Positions 12,110-26,098 of a DNA stretch of 64,000 nucleotides are shown here, one piece after another. The translations under genes and the position numbers were made by a program. Origin of the DNA: Lingula anatina (lineage: Eukaryota > Animalia > Brachiopoda); assembly GCA_051362555.1 (NCBI GenBank), contig CM120646.1:23374001-23438000 (forward strand), given 5' to 3'. The notes under the pieces are model-generated. The model did not search any database and was not told the origin of the DNA. It saw only the letters and a program-made list of their open reading frames with translations. The stretch's first letter is position 1. Each line of letters begins with the position of its first letter.

Positions 12110-15100
12110 TCATATAATCTTGTCATCCCACATCTACGAAGAAAACTTGGACATTTTCTCCTGACAGAAACTTGGATCAAATCTAACAGAGACCCAATCA
12201 TCTCAGAGATTACATCAAGTTTACCTGGGTATTCCTTCCATCATGAATGTCGGACTGGAAAGAGAGGTGGAGGGGTAGCTATTTTAGCCCATCCTCGTCT
12301 CAAAATGGTTAAAAAACAAAAACATTCCATGAAATCAATAGAATCTTTAGACATTGTTTTTACATCAAAAAGTGAAACACTACAATTTCTTCTCATCTAC
12401 CGTCCTCCAAACAACCCGATCTCGGACTTCTTCGGTGAATTTGCAACCTTATTGGAAAAAGTCGTCCCAAAACCAGGCCATCTCATAATCGCCGGGGATT
12501 TCAATGTTCATGTTGATAATTCTCATTCCCGTAATGCTTCACTTCTGAATGAAATTATATTTTCTAGAGATCTTCAACAGCACATCAATTTCCCAACTCA
12601 CCAAAAAGGGCACACTCTTGACTTATTGATAACTCGCGCATCAGATAATCTTCTCTTTTCAACTGACTCAACAGACTACTTGAATTCAGACCATAGTCTT
12701 ATAGAATTCTGTCTGAATGTGGCTCGTCCTCCTGCAATTAAAACTACGACTTCACGTAGAAACCTGAAAGAAATTGACTCTGATGTTCTTAAAGCAAAAC
12801 TTCAATCTGCCTTTAACTCCTTCCCACCTGATACCAATGCAATTGGAAACACTACTTTAGAAGATGTGGACAATCTTCTGCATTCATATCACAACACCAT
12901 AACCACCATTCTCGACGAACTTGCTCCAGTCAATACTCGAGTAACACGCAGTAAGTCAACAGCGCCATGGTTTTGTAGTGAACTGTCTGAGATGCGAAAA
13001 TCAGTTAGAAAATGTGAGCGTAAATGGCGCAACACCGGTCTGGAAGTCCATCGCCAAATTCACAAAGAAAAACGCCTAGAGTACTGTCGCCGTGCTGATC
13101 AACTGAAATCTGACTACCACAAAAAACGCATAGACAACTCGGATACCAAAAGTCTTTTTATGATTGTTGAGGAGTTAACCGGTTTTAAAAAATCAGCAAC
13201 AACCATTAAACCAACACTGTACTCTGATGAGCAACTTTGTTCTGTGTTCCTGGAGTTTTTTAATAACAAAATAGAAAAACTTCGAAAATCCTTTGAAAGC
13301 GGAATTAACAACTCCATTATACAAGAAGTTGATCCTCCTACATCTCCGAGTTTTTTCAGAGATTTTACCATCGCTACTCCCGAACTAATAAAAAAGCTGA
13401 TAAACGCCTCTAAGCCAAAATCATCAGAATTGGACATCCTTCCAACTAACCTCACAAAGGAATGCATAGAAGAATTACTACCTTCCATTACAAAGCTTTT
13501 CAACACATCTCTTCAAAGCGGCATAGTCCCTGGGTGTTTCAAGAAAGCTTTAATCAGACCACTCATAAAAAAAGCCACAGGCAATCCAGACCCTAATGAC
13601 CTGCAGAACTACCGTCCCATCTCAAACCTCTCATTTCTTTCAAAAGTACTGGAGCGCCTAGTAGCGACACAGCTAACTGACTATCTGCATACTCATCCAT
13701 TTTTTTGCAAAGGTTCAATCGGCATATAGAACACATCATAGCACTGAAACAGCGCTGCTCAAGGTGCACAATGATATTCTTCTGGCACTCAATGATCAGA
13801 AACAAGTGGTCTTATTATTACTTGATTTGTCTGCAGCCTTTGACACAATAAACCACGAAATTTTGTTCAACAGACTAAAAAATCGTTTCGGTATAGATGG
13901 TATTGCATTGGCATGGTTCAAATCATACCTGACTGAGCGTGAACAATCAGTCTCAATAGGCACTCACATATCACCGTCAACACCACTAACTTGTGGTGTA
14001 CCACAAGGTTCTGTACTCGGCCCCATCCTGTTCACTCTCTACACGTCACCAATTGAGGACATTGTCTCTGAGTACGGTTTTAACCTTATGCTCTATGCAG
14101 ACGACTCACAAATTTATATTGTTTGCGACAGGCCATCAGATGTAATACCATCTATCCAGAAATGTATTTTTCAGTTGAGCCAATGGCTTAATGCCAATTC
14201 ACTTGTTTTCAATGATGGCAAAACAGAAGTAGTTCACTTTACTTCTCGTTTTTCTAAGGATGCGGAAAAACTAGAACTATTAGAAATTGGAAACAGTACA
14301 GTCACGGTAAAAGATGAGGTTAAAAACCTTGGAGTAATTTTTGATAATAGGTGCGATATGGCTGCCGACATCAGCAAAAAATGCAAAGCCGCGTTCTATG
14401 GTCTTAAAAAAATTTCCAAACTATCTCACATCCTTGATAAAAGTCAAATGGAGAGGCTTGTCCATGCCTTTATAACTTCACATCTTGACTACGGAAACAG
14501 TCTACTGTATGGTCTTCCTACCTATCAAATTGAAAAATTGCAATCTGTCCAAAATGCTGCAGCACGACTACTGACCAAAATCCCTCTCAGATCAAACATT
14601 TCACCCATTTTATTCGAACTACATTGGCTTCCTGTACGACAGAGAATTGTTTTTAAATTACTGTTGTTTGTTTTTAAATTCACTAGAGGTGAATGCCCCT
14701 CATATTTTAACTCGATGCTACATCCAAGTACACCCAGTCTCACCAGGTCTACCAGATCCACCTCCACTCCTTGTTTTATCAGAAATGATAATAAAAAAAC
14801 AACCAAAACCTACGGCCACAGGGCATTTTCAATTTCAGCACCAATTTTATGGAATCAATTACCCTCACACATTCGGACTATTGACAGTGTTGAGGTTTTT
14901 AAAAAAGATTTAAAAACATTCTTATTTGCACAGTATTTTAATTAATATCTTCTCATTTTATCAGAAAAAAAGTTTTATTGTTCAGACCATTACTATTTTA
15001 ACCAGTTTTAATTATTTTAATTGTTTTTTTTTTTTTATTTTTTTATTTTTATTTTTTTTTTTTATTTTTTTTATCTTAGCTTTTATTATATATATAATAA

Positions 15101-15190
15101 GTTGTAATCCTAATAATTTTACCTGTAAACAGCACTGAGACGCTAGTGTAGTGCGGTTTTAAGAAATAAATATTATTATTATTATTATTA
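12110..15190 (+). mobile_element. 5'-truncated L2/CR1-group LINE (APE endonuclease + reverse transcriptase)
   Basis: APE motifs LTETW, GGGVA, YRPP, GDFN, HTLDL, SDH; RT motifs [37 protein letters not shown]; AATAAA followed by a (TAT)n tail at 15165-15190. Confidence 0.95.
12114..14945 (+). pseudogene. LINE ORF2, two 1-nt frameshifts (~12157 and T7 run 13700-13706)
   Basis: IYEENLDIF//LTETW and [24 protein letters not shown] join ORFs 11975-13729 and 13764-14945. Confidence 0.85.
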
Positions 15191-15358
15191 ATCTTATTTA
15201 ATCACACGGGTCCAAACTTGATCAATTTCAGTAGTACCAGTTACGAGGTTAGTAAAAAAAGTCATACAAGCCATCCAAATCAGAGTGCGCCTCCTCTGAA
15301 AAAATAGGGTTATCTTCTTCCCTTCAATCCCAGGTTACTTTTATAGACATGAACGACC

Positions 15359-15535
15359 CAGGCCCGTTGGCGGGGGGGCGGGGGGGGGGGGAGGAGGGGT
15401 TCGAAAGAACCGCCCCTTTTGCTGGGAAAAGGTCCACTCTGGGTAAAATTTGATCTAGGTGCATGAAGTTTTATGGAAAAAGGTCCACTTTTTCAGAAAA
15501 AGAACCCCCTTTTGAAATTACTGGCTACGGGCCTG
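15359..15535. mobile_element. GC-rich MITE with CAGG..CCTG termini (hAT-like)
   Basis: caggcccgttggc ... ggctacgggcctg; flanks acgacc / acgatc form an imperfect 6-bp TSD. Confidence 0.6.
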
Positions 15536-16499
15536 ACGATCTGTTATAACGTTTTGGTTGTTGTATGACAAGAACAAGTAAACCTGTGCGCACATCAGGC
15601 TTTTGGACCTGTATGTGCATCTTCCAGGAGAGTTTAAAAATAACCTGCCGATGGGCGTTATTATCAATAACAAACAAACCTAGTCTTTATCGAGGTACAT
15701 GTAGTTGGCTAACATTTTGGATACGTAAATATAAAGCCAGAGATACGACGGTATTCAAAACTATAACAGATTACAAGCTGATATATGTAGGTTACCGCGG
15801 CAGGCATTTGTCAATACCAGCTACATAGATAAAAACACTTACATGGTTAGTGCAGATTTGATAAAGGTGTCACCTTCCAAGAATACTAAGGTTTGTACGC
15901 TGTTTTGGCTCACTTCAGGGCATTCAAGGGCACGATCGTTAAGAAATTAAATAACGGACATGTGTACCTATATTAGTAGTGCAATCTATGGAACGCCATT
16001 CACGCAAAAAAATGCAGACGTCAATTCAACAATCTATCGGCACTATTTTTAAATAGTTAGAACAGTAAAAACCTACTTTAACTATCTAAACTTAATTCTA
16101 CTTAATTAGTTTTGGTCATTTTAATCATTTGTCAAAATCTAACAATCAATAAACGATCCAAAAGTCAGTAACCGCAACTCAATCAATCCGGTAAGTGTTA
16201 AGTGTCATAATATTGGTCAATTTATAAAGCTTTGTCATCCCTGTCTGTTGGATTCTCCGTTAGCCGCCTACAGCTAAAATGCAACTTAATACGGTTTGGC
16301 CCAAGGGCTAAGTAGCTTTGAAGATCAATATGTAAAACATATATATATCCTTTCTTTGTTTAATGTCGGTATATGTGCCATCCTCGATAACTTGTATTCT
16401 CTTTTTTAAAGTTACATTCATTGAATTCTAAATTGAGTTTCTGATTTTAAAACTCAATTAAAAGTCTGTGAATAGGGGACTAAAGACATTAGTGAAGTA

Positions 16500-17790
16500 T
16501 AAAAAGGTATATCTTATCTGATATCTCCAAAAGTGGAGTGGCAGAGATACGCCCATAGTTAATATTGAACATGAATAGGTAGTAAAACGTTGGCAATCTA
16601 AGTGTGACCTTAGATGTGACGTATGGTCTCTTTTTCACATTGAACTAAACTGTATATTTTCAGTCCCTTACAGGGTATATCTCCAATACTAACATAGATA
16701 TGTCCAAAGTAGGGTACTATTGAACTTGAATAGGAAGTCATACACTGGCAATTTTCCTGTGACCATTGAATTTGATATGTGACTTATTTTCAATATTAAA
16801 TGCAGGGTTATTTGACGGAGGGGGGGTGGTCGGCAAGCTTCAGCGGGCCCCAAAAACATAGGTATTTTAGAGGACGAACGGTGTCATTCGGTACAGTTTA
16901 AAAGTTTGATTCAAGCTACTCAAAATTCCAATTTAAAGAGGGGACCACTGGCGTGAATTTTTTTTCTGAAATCGAAGAGGGTGGGGTGGTAGGACCCCCT
17001 CTCCCCTTCTCTGTATTGAACTTTGTACACCACTGCGCATTACGTTTATTTCTTCAGATGTGTACAGATTACGAACTATGCAATCATTTTTTCTGAGAGT
17101 ATGTTATTAGTTTGTTTTGTTAGGGTGTGCTTGTTTGTAAGTTTCGTATGTCTGCGTGCACTTTCGGACTCACAATACTGAACGTTTCTTTTTTCTTTTT
17201 TTTTTTTTTGTGGATCATTGTAGTGATACCTGGACGTGACCACGAATTTTTGATGATGATACGTATAACCCAATTAGACCGTTTTATACCAGGAAATGCG
17301 GCATAAAGTTTAGTGAAATTGATTATCATGTCACACATGCGCCAGAACTTTAGTCATTTCTATATTTATATTAACAAAATTATGAGCATTTGCAGAAGTT
17401 GTATTGGTACATTGCAATTTCGTTAGTGGCTTTTCTCGTAAACATAAATCGCTAAAAATGTATAATGTTTGACTTCAGCTATAAGGACATTCCCTTTTTC
17501 ACCTTGTTTTTTTTTTATCATTAAGGGCAATATCTAATCGTTTATGTATTATTTTGATCTACTTAATAATTGATTCATAACGATAGTGACAACAGCATTT
17601 TCATGTTAGAAAATATTGACAGAAACGCCACTGCTAGTTTAAAGGTCAGTGTAATAGGAAAGGGGGGGCTGAAGACAAAAGTGGCAACTGCTTACACCAG
17701 TCAAATGCATATTTTGTTTAATATTCTCCACTGATGTGCAGGGATTACGAAGTCTACACATTAATTACTCACCTAATTAATTAATTAACT
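16500..17790 (+). repeat. ~1.3 kb block A, directly repeated at 24500-25815
   Basis: Collinear similarity, e.g. ggcagagatac.cccatagttaatattgaac through ctacacattaattactcacctaattaattaatt. Confidence 0.88.
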
Positions 17791-18296
17791 CATCTAGATT
17801 TGCAAGGGGAGTATTTATCCTCTGAATAGCACGATGAACTGCGAGATGCCCTTCAAGATGAATGGACCAGAATTTCTCTTCAAAGAGCTGTAACTCTAGT
17901 TCACAGTATGCCACGTCGTCTGGCGGTCATTATCCAAGCTCGGGGTGGGCATACCAGCTATTGAGATTAATACTGAACTCTGAAGATGATTCTTGACAAT
18001 TTCCCCTAAATTCATATTAATTGTCAATCACAATATAAATTTATTTTTAATTTTTCACTTGGTACTGTTATGGAAAAAAAAAAAACTCTTTTTGGGGGCA
18101 TGAGAAAAAAATTCCTAAATAAATTAAGGCCTTTCTCACATTATCATTTGTTGTTTCTCCTGGACTTAACCAATCCTCCAGCTTCACATATTTAACAATA
18201 TAAACAGTATTAATTTGGTAATATCAATAATAATGAAAGAAACAGGGCGATATTCATCCCAAAATTTCCGTGTACCAACCATTTTGGGCAAGAGTG
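17790..18296 (+). mobile_element. Tc1 transposon 3' fragment with right TIR
   Basis: DELRDALQDEW..ISLQRAVTLVHSMPRRLAVIIQARGGHTSY* (stop 17962-17964); terminus ccaaccattttgggcaagagtg|ta. Confidence 0.85.
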
Positions 18297-18571
18297 TATA
18301 AGGGAGTCTCTTATTTGTGAGAGTAAAAATTACTTGTGATCAGAAAAGCTACCCTAGAGACAAACACTGCTATCTTTGATTAATCGAAAATGTGAATAAG
18401 AAATGACATTCACTGTGTTTTGTATCCCTCAACATCAAGAAGCTAATATCTAGAGACTGATTTTCACATAGGTAGGCCTAATCAGAGGCAGGTGTAGACG
18501 GCGGGGTGGCCTGTTTTCCTAACGTTCATTTGTGACGGATGCCTTTCTGTACCGTATCCTTAATGCACTAA

Positions 18572-18791
18572 AGCCCCCTTTACACTGAACGGCGTCCTCC
18601 CTGCGTCCCCAAGTACGGCCCCGTTTGATATAAAAAAAAAATAATACTTTACTTGCCGACAACTGGCGGCCAGTGAGCATTCATTCTGCAACCAAAGCAA
18701 TGCATGGGCCTCTTTTCTACGACCACAGCGATGCTAGTTTCATGGCCGCACAAAGGACGCAGAAAAGACGCCGTCCAGTGTAAAGGGGGCT
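18572..18791. mobile_element. PIF/Harbinger-type MITE
   Basis: taa|agccccctttacactgaacggcgtc ... gacgccgtccagtgtaaagggggct|tta. Confidence 0.82.
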
Positions 18792-19029
18792 TTACTGAAC
18801 ACTCAGATCGCGCAAGAATTACAGACAACTTTACAGCCGGTCAAATTTTTTTCAGTTGATAAGTACCTTGCTTAAAAACCATATATCCAGGTATACATGA
18901 AGACATGCATGTTCTGGGTGAATGTATCAGATGCATGCAGCAGATTACCACCGTTGTCACATTTCGATTGCATGAAAAAAATCTGACCAAAACCTATACC
19001 CGGTGAGGCTCTACATATGATTTCATATG

Positions 19030-20110
19030 GGTAGTACTTTAACGGTTAATTTGTAGTGAAAGTGAAAATGAGTTATTTGTAACACTTCGTGACTTACCCC
19101 TGTAGTTATTTATCGATCTCTTCTTTCTATTGGGTTTTTGAAGATTTTTAAACAATATTTCTCTCTTCTTCCCATCTGCTAGCACGAATTTCTTTATAGC
19201 AAGTTAGGCGGGGTAGAGGTAATGGACAAAGATTGGTGCATATCATTACTTGATGTTGTTCTGCGTAATTCAGATAGAGAAAAAGAGAAAAAGGCGATTT
19301 CTATTGTGAATTTCGACTCTATAACATTTAAAAATGTTGAAATAGCACCTAATAAAATCTTCATGAATATAATACACAAAGAAAATACCAGTTCTTTTAA
19401 AAAATAACAGGTGCTCGTGTCCTGTTTTCTAACCAGGATCACGTGTACAGATCAGAGACATGTGCGAAGTTTATCAGCAACTATGAAGAGGTTATCTCTT
19501 TTAAAACGGTTATGTCAATACCGTTCTCATGTATGCCTCTCATTCAGGGGGTGCAATTCTGTAAGTTCACTTAGGACCATATAACAGTACAGGTACCTCG
19601 TTATCTTCCAGCGAATACCGTTTTAAGTCCACAGACCTAATATTTGAAAAGTTAGTTAAAAGTTAATAAGTTATAGGCAGAAGACCGCACGGCACTGATA
19701 ACATTTTGACTCAGCAATGTCAACAGCATCACCTGACAATTTCGAAGGTCGCCATTTTAATCATCTTCACAGAGAAAAATCCTGACAGAATTCAGGGACA
19801 AGAATCATTTAAAGACAAAAAATAAGAACCAGTCTTATGTATGTGGACATATACCAAAATGACTTCTTGTAAGATTTTACTGAACTGAAATCTCCACACG
19901 TTTATTGTGATCTGCCGTGTGAAGACGACCTTGCCTTGATGAGGACTTATCAAGAATTGCGTATGGGATCGACCGCACAACTTTTGAAGCTTAACAGGTG
20001 CAGTATAAAGCTTACTCCTGACTTTTATCAAAAGATACATTTCAATTTTAATCCCTATAAACAACATAGAAAAACGACTTGATTGGCATGTCGCTGAATA
20101 TCTGATGCAA
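19030..20110 (+). repeat. ~1.1 kb block B, repeated at 21355-23100 (second copy interrupted)
   Basis: Shared sequence such as cagatagagaaaaagagaaaa, ggatcacgtg.acagatcag.gacatgtgc and gacttgattggcatgtc. Confidence 0.82.
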
Positions 20111-21880
20111 AAAAAAAAAAAAAATTACTCAAAACAAAATGTAGACGAACTACATTTCCCATATCAAGAGCATTAGAAGGCTAGTTAAGGACCAAAAGTT
20201 AGCCAAACGCTGCATTTTGAAGTACAGATGTCTAACTTTGAATAAATGTTCCTTGGGCCACGTTCTATTGATGCATAAATTAGCATAATTAGTATAAATT
20301 AGGCAAATTAGACCCAAAATATAATATTCAATCTTTTCATCAGTTTTTATTTTTATTATTATTCTATTTATTTATTTTTATTTTTTTTTATTTATTTATT
20401 GCCTAAAAACATATATAGATAATTTTAACCTAAGTAAATTAGGGACAAGGAATCCATTTTTGACATTATGGAAACAATTGGCGGCCATTATGTGCCTCAA
20501 ATCCTAGATGGCCGCCATCTGCCATTTTGAAGGTGGACAAAATTTTACTATTTTATATAGATTTTTGAAGCGTTTTATTATATATACTTGTAATGTAGCG
20601 ATTGCTGCTATTTTGGGGGTGCAAAAGTCATTTTTGGTATTGTTTTGGTGATAGAAGGTGATTTGAAGGGATTTGAAGGAATTCAACATAAAATAGCAAA
20701 ATAATATCAAAAGTGATAGATTCACTTGTGGCCTATTTAAAATATCAAAAGCTATACATAATTTATAAATTAAATTGTTAGTAAATTAATCAATTTATCA
20801 TCATAAAATTTTGTTTATTTTATGAATTATCCTAAAAATTTCATCAAAATTCCGTCCATTCCTTTCAGCCATTCATCCATTCATAAAATGTGTCCATTTG
20901 CGACCATCCTGAAAATTTGATTATTAACTTATTACTTCGGAATATCCCTATTGAGGATTCTCGAAGAATTTTAATCATTTTTTTTCTGTTTACTCCGAAA
21001 TCTTTACAGCCTGCGTTCTGATTTTCATTGTCAATCATTGTACTGGTACCCAGACCTGACCAGCAAATGTTGGTAATGATGCGTAGGCCCTATTAGCAAT
21101 TATACCTATTTATAACAGAACAGCGACACAGAATGCAGTGACCCCCCCCCCCCCCCCCCCAAGTCTTGTTACTGTTCTGTCAAGCATTCGTTAGGGCCTC
21201 AGTTTTCTCCAAACTGAAATAACCGAAATAAAACTAGACAGTTTTAGAGCTTGTAGAGCACAGTGGATAACGTTGGGGGGGGGGGGGGGGGGGTATATTG
21301 AACCGGAGACCCGTGTACCACTAGGTACAATTCCCACTATCGTTTCTTTTTCAAATGGGTAATACTTAACCGTTTAATTGGTAGGGAAAGCCCAAATGAA
21401 TAATTTGTAACACTTCATGTCTTAGTTAGTTATCAATCTCTTCTTGTAATTGAGTTTTTGAAGGTTTTAAAACAATATTTCACACTCCTTTCCACCTTCT
21501 AGCACTCAATTCATGATAACTAATTATGCGGGGTAGCGGTATAGGATAAAGATTGGAGTACTATATCATTATTTGATGTTGTTCTGCTTAAGTCAGATAG
21601 AGAAAAAGAGAAAAAGGGGAAAGCATGGACTTTTTTAAATTTTAATTGGAAAATCAGTGCCCAGCTTTTCCGACCACTTATCATAAATATTAACTGGTAT
21701 TGCTACCTTATTTAAACTAAAATCCAGGAAAACAGTTCCGTTAATTTGCTCACCTGTTTTAATAAAACATGTTTTTTCTTCGTTATTACTGCCTAGTTCT
21801 TTTGGTACCCTCTTATAGCAATGTTCCAGACAGAATGTAAGGCGCTCAGGACGTCTAGGCATTCAAGAAAATTACAAGTT

Positions 21881-22136
21881 CAGTGGCTGATTTAGGATGG
21901 TGGGGGGGGCAGGGGAGTCCTGACCCCTCCCCCTTCGGTTTCTGAGAAAACCACACTAATATTCCTCACTTGAAATTAGACTTTGGACTAGCTGAATCAT
22001 AGTTATAAACCGTACTAAATGGCACTGTTAGCCCTGTAAAATTCCACAATTTTCCACGACGTTGAGGAAGTGGGGGTTAGAGGGTCGGCTTCGCATCCGC
22101 TGACCTCCCCTGTAAGCAATCCTAGATCCGGTCCTG
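21881..22136. mobile_element. GC-rich MITE (CAGTGGC..CTG family, related to 54260-54505)
   Basis: cagtggctgatttagg ... ctagatccggtcctg; internal similarity to the 54260 copy. Confidence 0.65.
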
Positions 22137-22232
22137 AAGATAGTATGTATTCATCACTTTTCACAAAACCATTGCCGAATCCCCATATTCAAAGTTGATT
22201 AAATTTACTAAAACCATGCATGCAAAAAAAAA

Positions 22233-22267
<35 letters not shown>

Positions 22268-23266
22268 AAGAAAGCGAGTTCTATTTCAATGTTAGTTTCT
22301 ACTTTGTAACATATAAAAGTGTTGAAATAACACCCAATATAATTTTCATAAATGTCATTAAGAAAACACCAGTTTATTTGAAAAAGACACGTAGATAGGT
22401 CTCTCCCTCACTGATTTCTCCACGTGCCTAATGTGCTGTGTTCTAACCTGGATCACGTGCACAGATCAGGGACATGTGCAAAGTTTATTAGCAACTTTGA
22501 AGTGTTTATCTCCCTTTAAGTGGTTATGTCAATACCGTTGGCAAGTCAGAGGGCGTAATTCTGTAATTTCACTTAGGGTCAAATAACAGGACCTTGTTGT
22601 TGTCCGCCGAAATACAGCTAAAAGTCTACAGAATCAAATATTTGACAAGTTAGTAAAAAGTTAACAAGTAAAAACGATAGAAGTACTCGAATCTATAACA
22701 ATGGTAGATCAGAGAAATTACTCAGTAGTTGTGGAAAAAACAGGTTAATGCACGACAATGATAAAATTTTATGACTCAGCAATGTCACCAGTATTACCTG
22801 ACAACTTTGACGGTCGCCAAATATTCACCTTCACAAATTCACCTTCACAAATCATTTTAAGACGGAAGATGAGAACCAGTCTTAAGTATGTAAATGTATA
22901 CCAAAATGTCTTCTTGTAGGACCTAAGTACACCTTGAAATCTCCGCAAGTTTATTGTGATCTACCGTGTGAATCTTATGACGTTTAACAGGTGCAGTATA
23001 CGTTTTACTTTTGGATTTTATTATTTTTCTTTTAATCCATATAAAAAACAGAAAATGACTTGATTGGCATGTCTCTGAAATATCCAATGCAAAAAAAATC
23101 CGGGGGGGGGGGGGGGGGGGTTATTGTGAACCGGAGACCCATGCACCACTAGGTGCAAGTCCCACTATCGTCTCTTTTCCTTTTCTCTTATCTTTATTTA
23201 GCACAAAATCAAATCAAATCCAATTTTGACTTATTTTCTGTGATGTGATTAAGAATTGATTAATAC

Positions 23267-24392
23267 TGTAACGGATTTTATGTTGGCACTTCAGTCCGTA
23301 CAGTATTAAAAGGGATTCGTCATTGTTTTAAAGGTTCAAATCCAAGAAACAAACTGCTGATGTAAAAGGGTTCAAAATGTTTATTAAAATCCAACAAAAT
23401 GCAACGTGGTAAAAATGCCCACTCTGATATTCAGTTATTAAGTCCACGTTAAATATGTGTCCTTTGGATAAATTCAGTTAATGTCCAGTTTTAGTTCTGC
23501 ATAAACTTCCAATCGGTGGGAGACTGTGACAGCAGTGGCTCCTCTTCTACCGGCCCACAGCTACAACTGCCAACACGGTGCGCACCTTTGGGAGAGTCTA
23601 AGCGGTAGACTTCCCCCCTTCAATCAACGACTTAGGGTGCTGGCACGGCGCACACCCGCGGGACAGCTTGCTTCCCGTTTTCCAACCAACCACTTGCCTA
23701 GAGTTCCGACACGGCCCGGACTCTCCGACCAATCACCTACTTAGCGTTCTGTCACGGCAGAAACCCACGGGAGAGCCCAACTTCCCGTTCTCCGTCCAGC
23801 CACCTGCTAGGGGTCTCGACACGGCGTAAACCCTGCGACAAACCACCTGCCTTGGGTTCCGTCACGGCACGAACCCACGGGAGAGCCCAGCTTCCCGTTC
23901 TCCGTCCAGCCACCTGCTAAGTGTCCCGACACAGCGTAAACCCTGCGACACCAACCAACAGCTAAGGGTCCCGACTCGGCGTGAACCCTGCGACACCAAC
24001 CAACTGCTTTTACTACCGCCCCAGTGAACCTGCCAGAGAGAACAAGTCCTCTCAATCGGAACCTCGAGTGTAGCTCTACTGCGTCTGGGAATCTTCACCC
24101 AACGAGTGCTTGACAGCTGAAAATGGGGTGGATGGTGGATCTTACCCAGGGGGTTTTTGGACAGGGAGAGAACCACTGCTAAACGTGTACCGTTTAGCAG
24201 AAAAGTCCAGTTTTCTGAAAATCTTCTGAATCTCCGCAATAGATATTTACAGGGCTTATTACAACAGCACTGGTACATTGAAAATGAATAAATTATACAT
24301 TAACTAAGTTTAAATATTCAGCGCATGAGTCAAATGCACTTAAAGGCACTTTTTTCTGTGTTCACAATAATTTAATTGAAATTTTCATTACA
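23267..24392 (-). mobile_element. Solo LTR (Gypsy-like), 1126 bp
   Basis: atac|TGTAAC ... ATTACA|atac (4-bp TSD); minus-strand AATAAA near 23380; internal GC-rich tandem repeats. Confidence 0.8.
23640..24005. repeat. GC-rich tandem repeats inside the LTR (~118-bp higher-order unit)
   Basis: cacggca..aacccacgggagagccca.cttcccgttctccgtccagccacctgcta occurs twice; aaccctgcgacac occurs three times. Confidence 0.8.
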
Positions 24393-24499
24393 ATACTAAT
24401 GATATCTTTAGCTATGTTTCATATGGCAAAATGTGGACAGAAACGCCATTGCTGGTTCAAAAGTCCGTGTATAGGGGCTACAGATATTAGGCTAATGAA

Positions 24500-25169
24500 C
24501 TATACAGAAGGTTTATTTTATCTCCAAAACTGGCAGAGATACTCCCATAGTTAATATTGAACTTGAATAGGGAGTCTAACATTGGCAATCTTACTGTGAC
24601 CTTAGATATGACGTATGGCCTCCTTTTCAAATTGAACTGAACTTCCTACCTTTTCAGTCCCTTTTATATCCAATACTAGCACAGATATATCCAAGGTAAG
24701 GTAACTATTGAACATGATTAGGAAGTCATACACTGGTAATCTTCCTGTGACCTTTGAATTTGATATTTGACTTATTTTCAATATTAAGTGCAGGGTTATT
24801 TGAGGGAGGGGGGGGGGGGTAGGTCGGCATAGCTTCAGCGGGCCCCGAAAATTGGATATTTTAGATGACGAATGGTGTCATTCGCTACGGTTTAAAAGTT
24901 TGATTCAAGCTAGTCAAAATTCCAATTTCAAGAGGGGACCACTTGTGATATTTTTCAGAAATCCAATGGTGTGGGGTGGTAAGGACCCCCTCTCCCCTTC
25001 TCTGCATTGAACTTTGTACACCACTCAACTGCACATTACGTTTTTCAGATGTGTACAGATTACGAAGTATGCACTAAGTGTATGTTATTAGTTTGTTTTG
25101 TTAGGGTGTGCTTGTTTGCAAGTTTCGTATGTCTGCGTGCACTTTCGGACTCACAATACTGAACGTATC

Positions 25170-25242
<73 letters not shown>

Positions 25243-25815
25243 CATTGTACTGATACCTGGGCGTGACCACGAATTTTTGATGATGATACATTTAACAAAA
25301 TAGACCGATTTATACCAGGAAATGCGGCATAAATTTTAGTGAAATTAAAACTATCATGTCACGCATGCGCCAGAACTTTAGTCAATTCTATATTTATATC
25401 AACAAAATTATGAGCATTTGCAGAAGTTGTATTGGTACATTGCAATTACTTTTCTCGTAAACATAATTCACTAAAAATGTATAAGGTTCGACTTCAGCTA
25501 TAATGACATTTTTCCCTTGTTTTTTTTTTTTTTTTTTAAATTATTAAGGGCAATATCTAATCGTTTATTTATTCCTTTGATCTACTTAATAATTGATTCA
25601 TAAAGATTGTGACAACAACATTTTCATGTTAGAAAATATTGACAGAAACGCCACTGCTAGTTAAAAGGTCAGTGTAATACTTAAATAGGGAAGGGGGGCT
25701 GAAGACAATAGTGGCAACTGCTTACACCATTGAAATGCATATTTTGTTTAATATTTTCCACTGATGTGCAGGGATTACGAGGTCTACACATTAATTACTC
25801 ACCTAATTAATTAAT
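24500..25815 (+). repeat. Block A second copy
   Basis: See 16500-17790; contains an expanded polyT/(GT)n at 25170-25238. Confidence 0.88.
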
Positions 25816-26098
25816 TGATCATCACAATAACCCAACCATTTCCTCCTTGTGTCATTTTTGACCTCAACAATTTCATCACAATCAGTCCATTACACTTTTT
25901 TGTAATGCTGTGCACAGACACGCAAACAAACAAACTAACTAACTAACTATCTGTAACAAAAACATTGTCCTTTTTTTGTCGGAGGTAATGAACAATCCAT
26001 TTTGCATACTATTCCACCATGCATCATCAATAGCATTTTAAAGTTAACGTCTTATATGTAACTGTGTGCTATGTAAACAAAATATTTTGTTGTTTCAG

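Noticed and set aside
11975-12110. N-terminal part of the 584-aa ORF
   Set aside because: Chance read-through from flanking DNA. The LINE homology (IYEENLDIF) is in another frame before ~12157.
13114-14913. Antisense and alternate-frame ORFs within the LINE
   Set aside because: Shadow ORFs of ORF2 with no independent motifs.
23640-24005. Possible CRISPR-like repeat-spacer array
   Set aside because: Units are contiguous degenerate tandem repeats without unique spacers, inside a solo LTR in eukaryotic DNA, with no cas genes.
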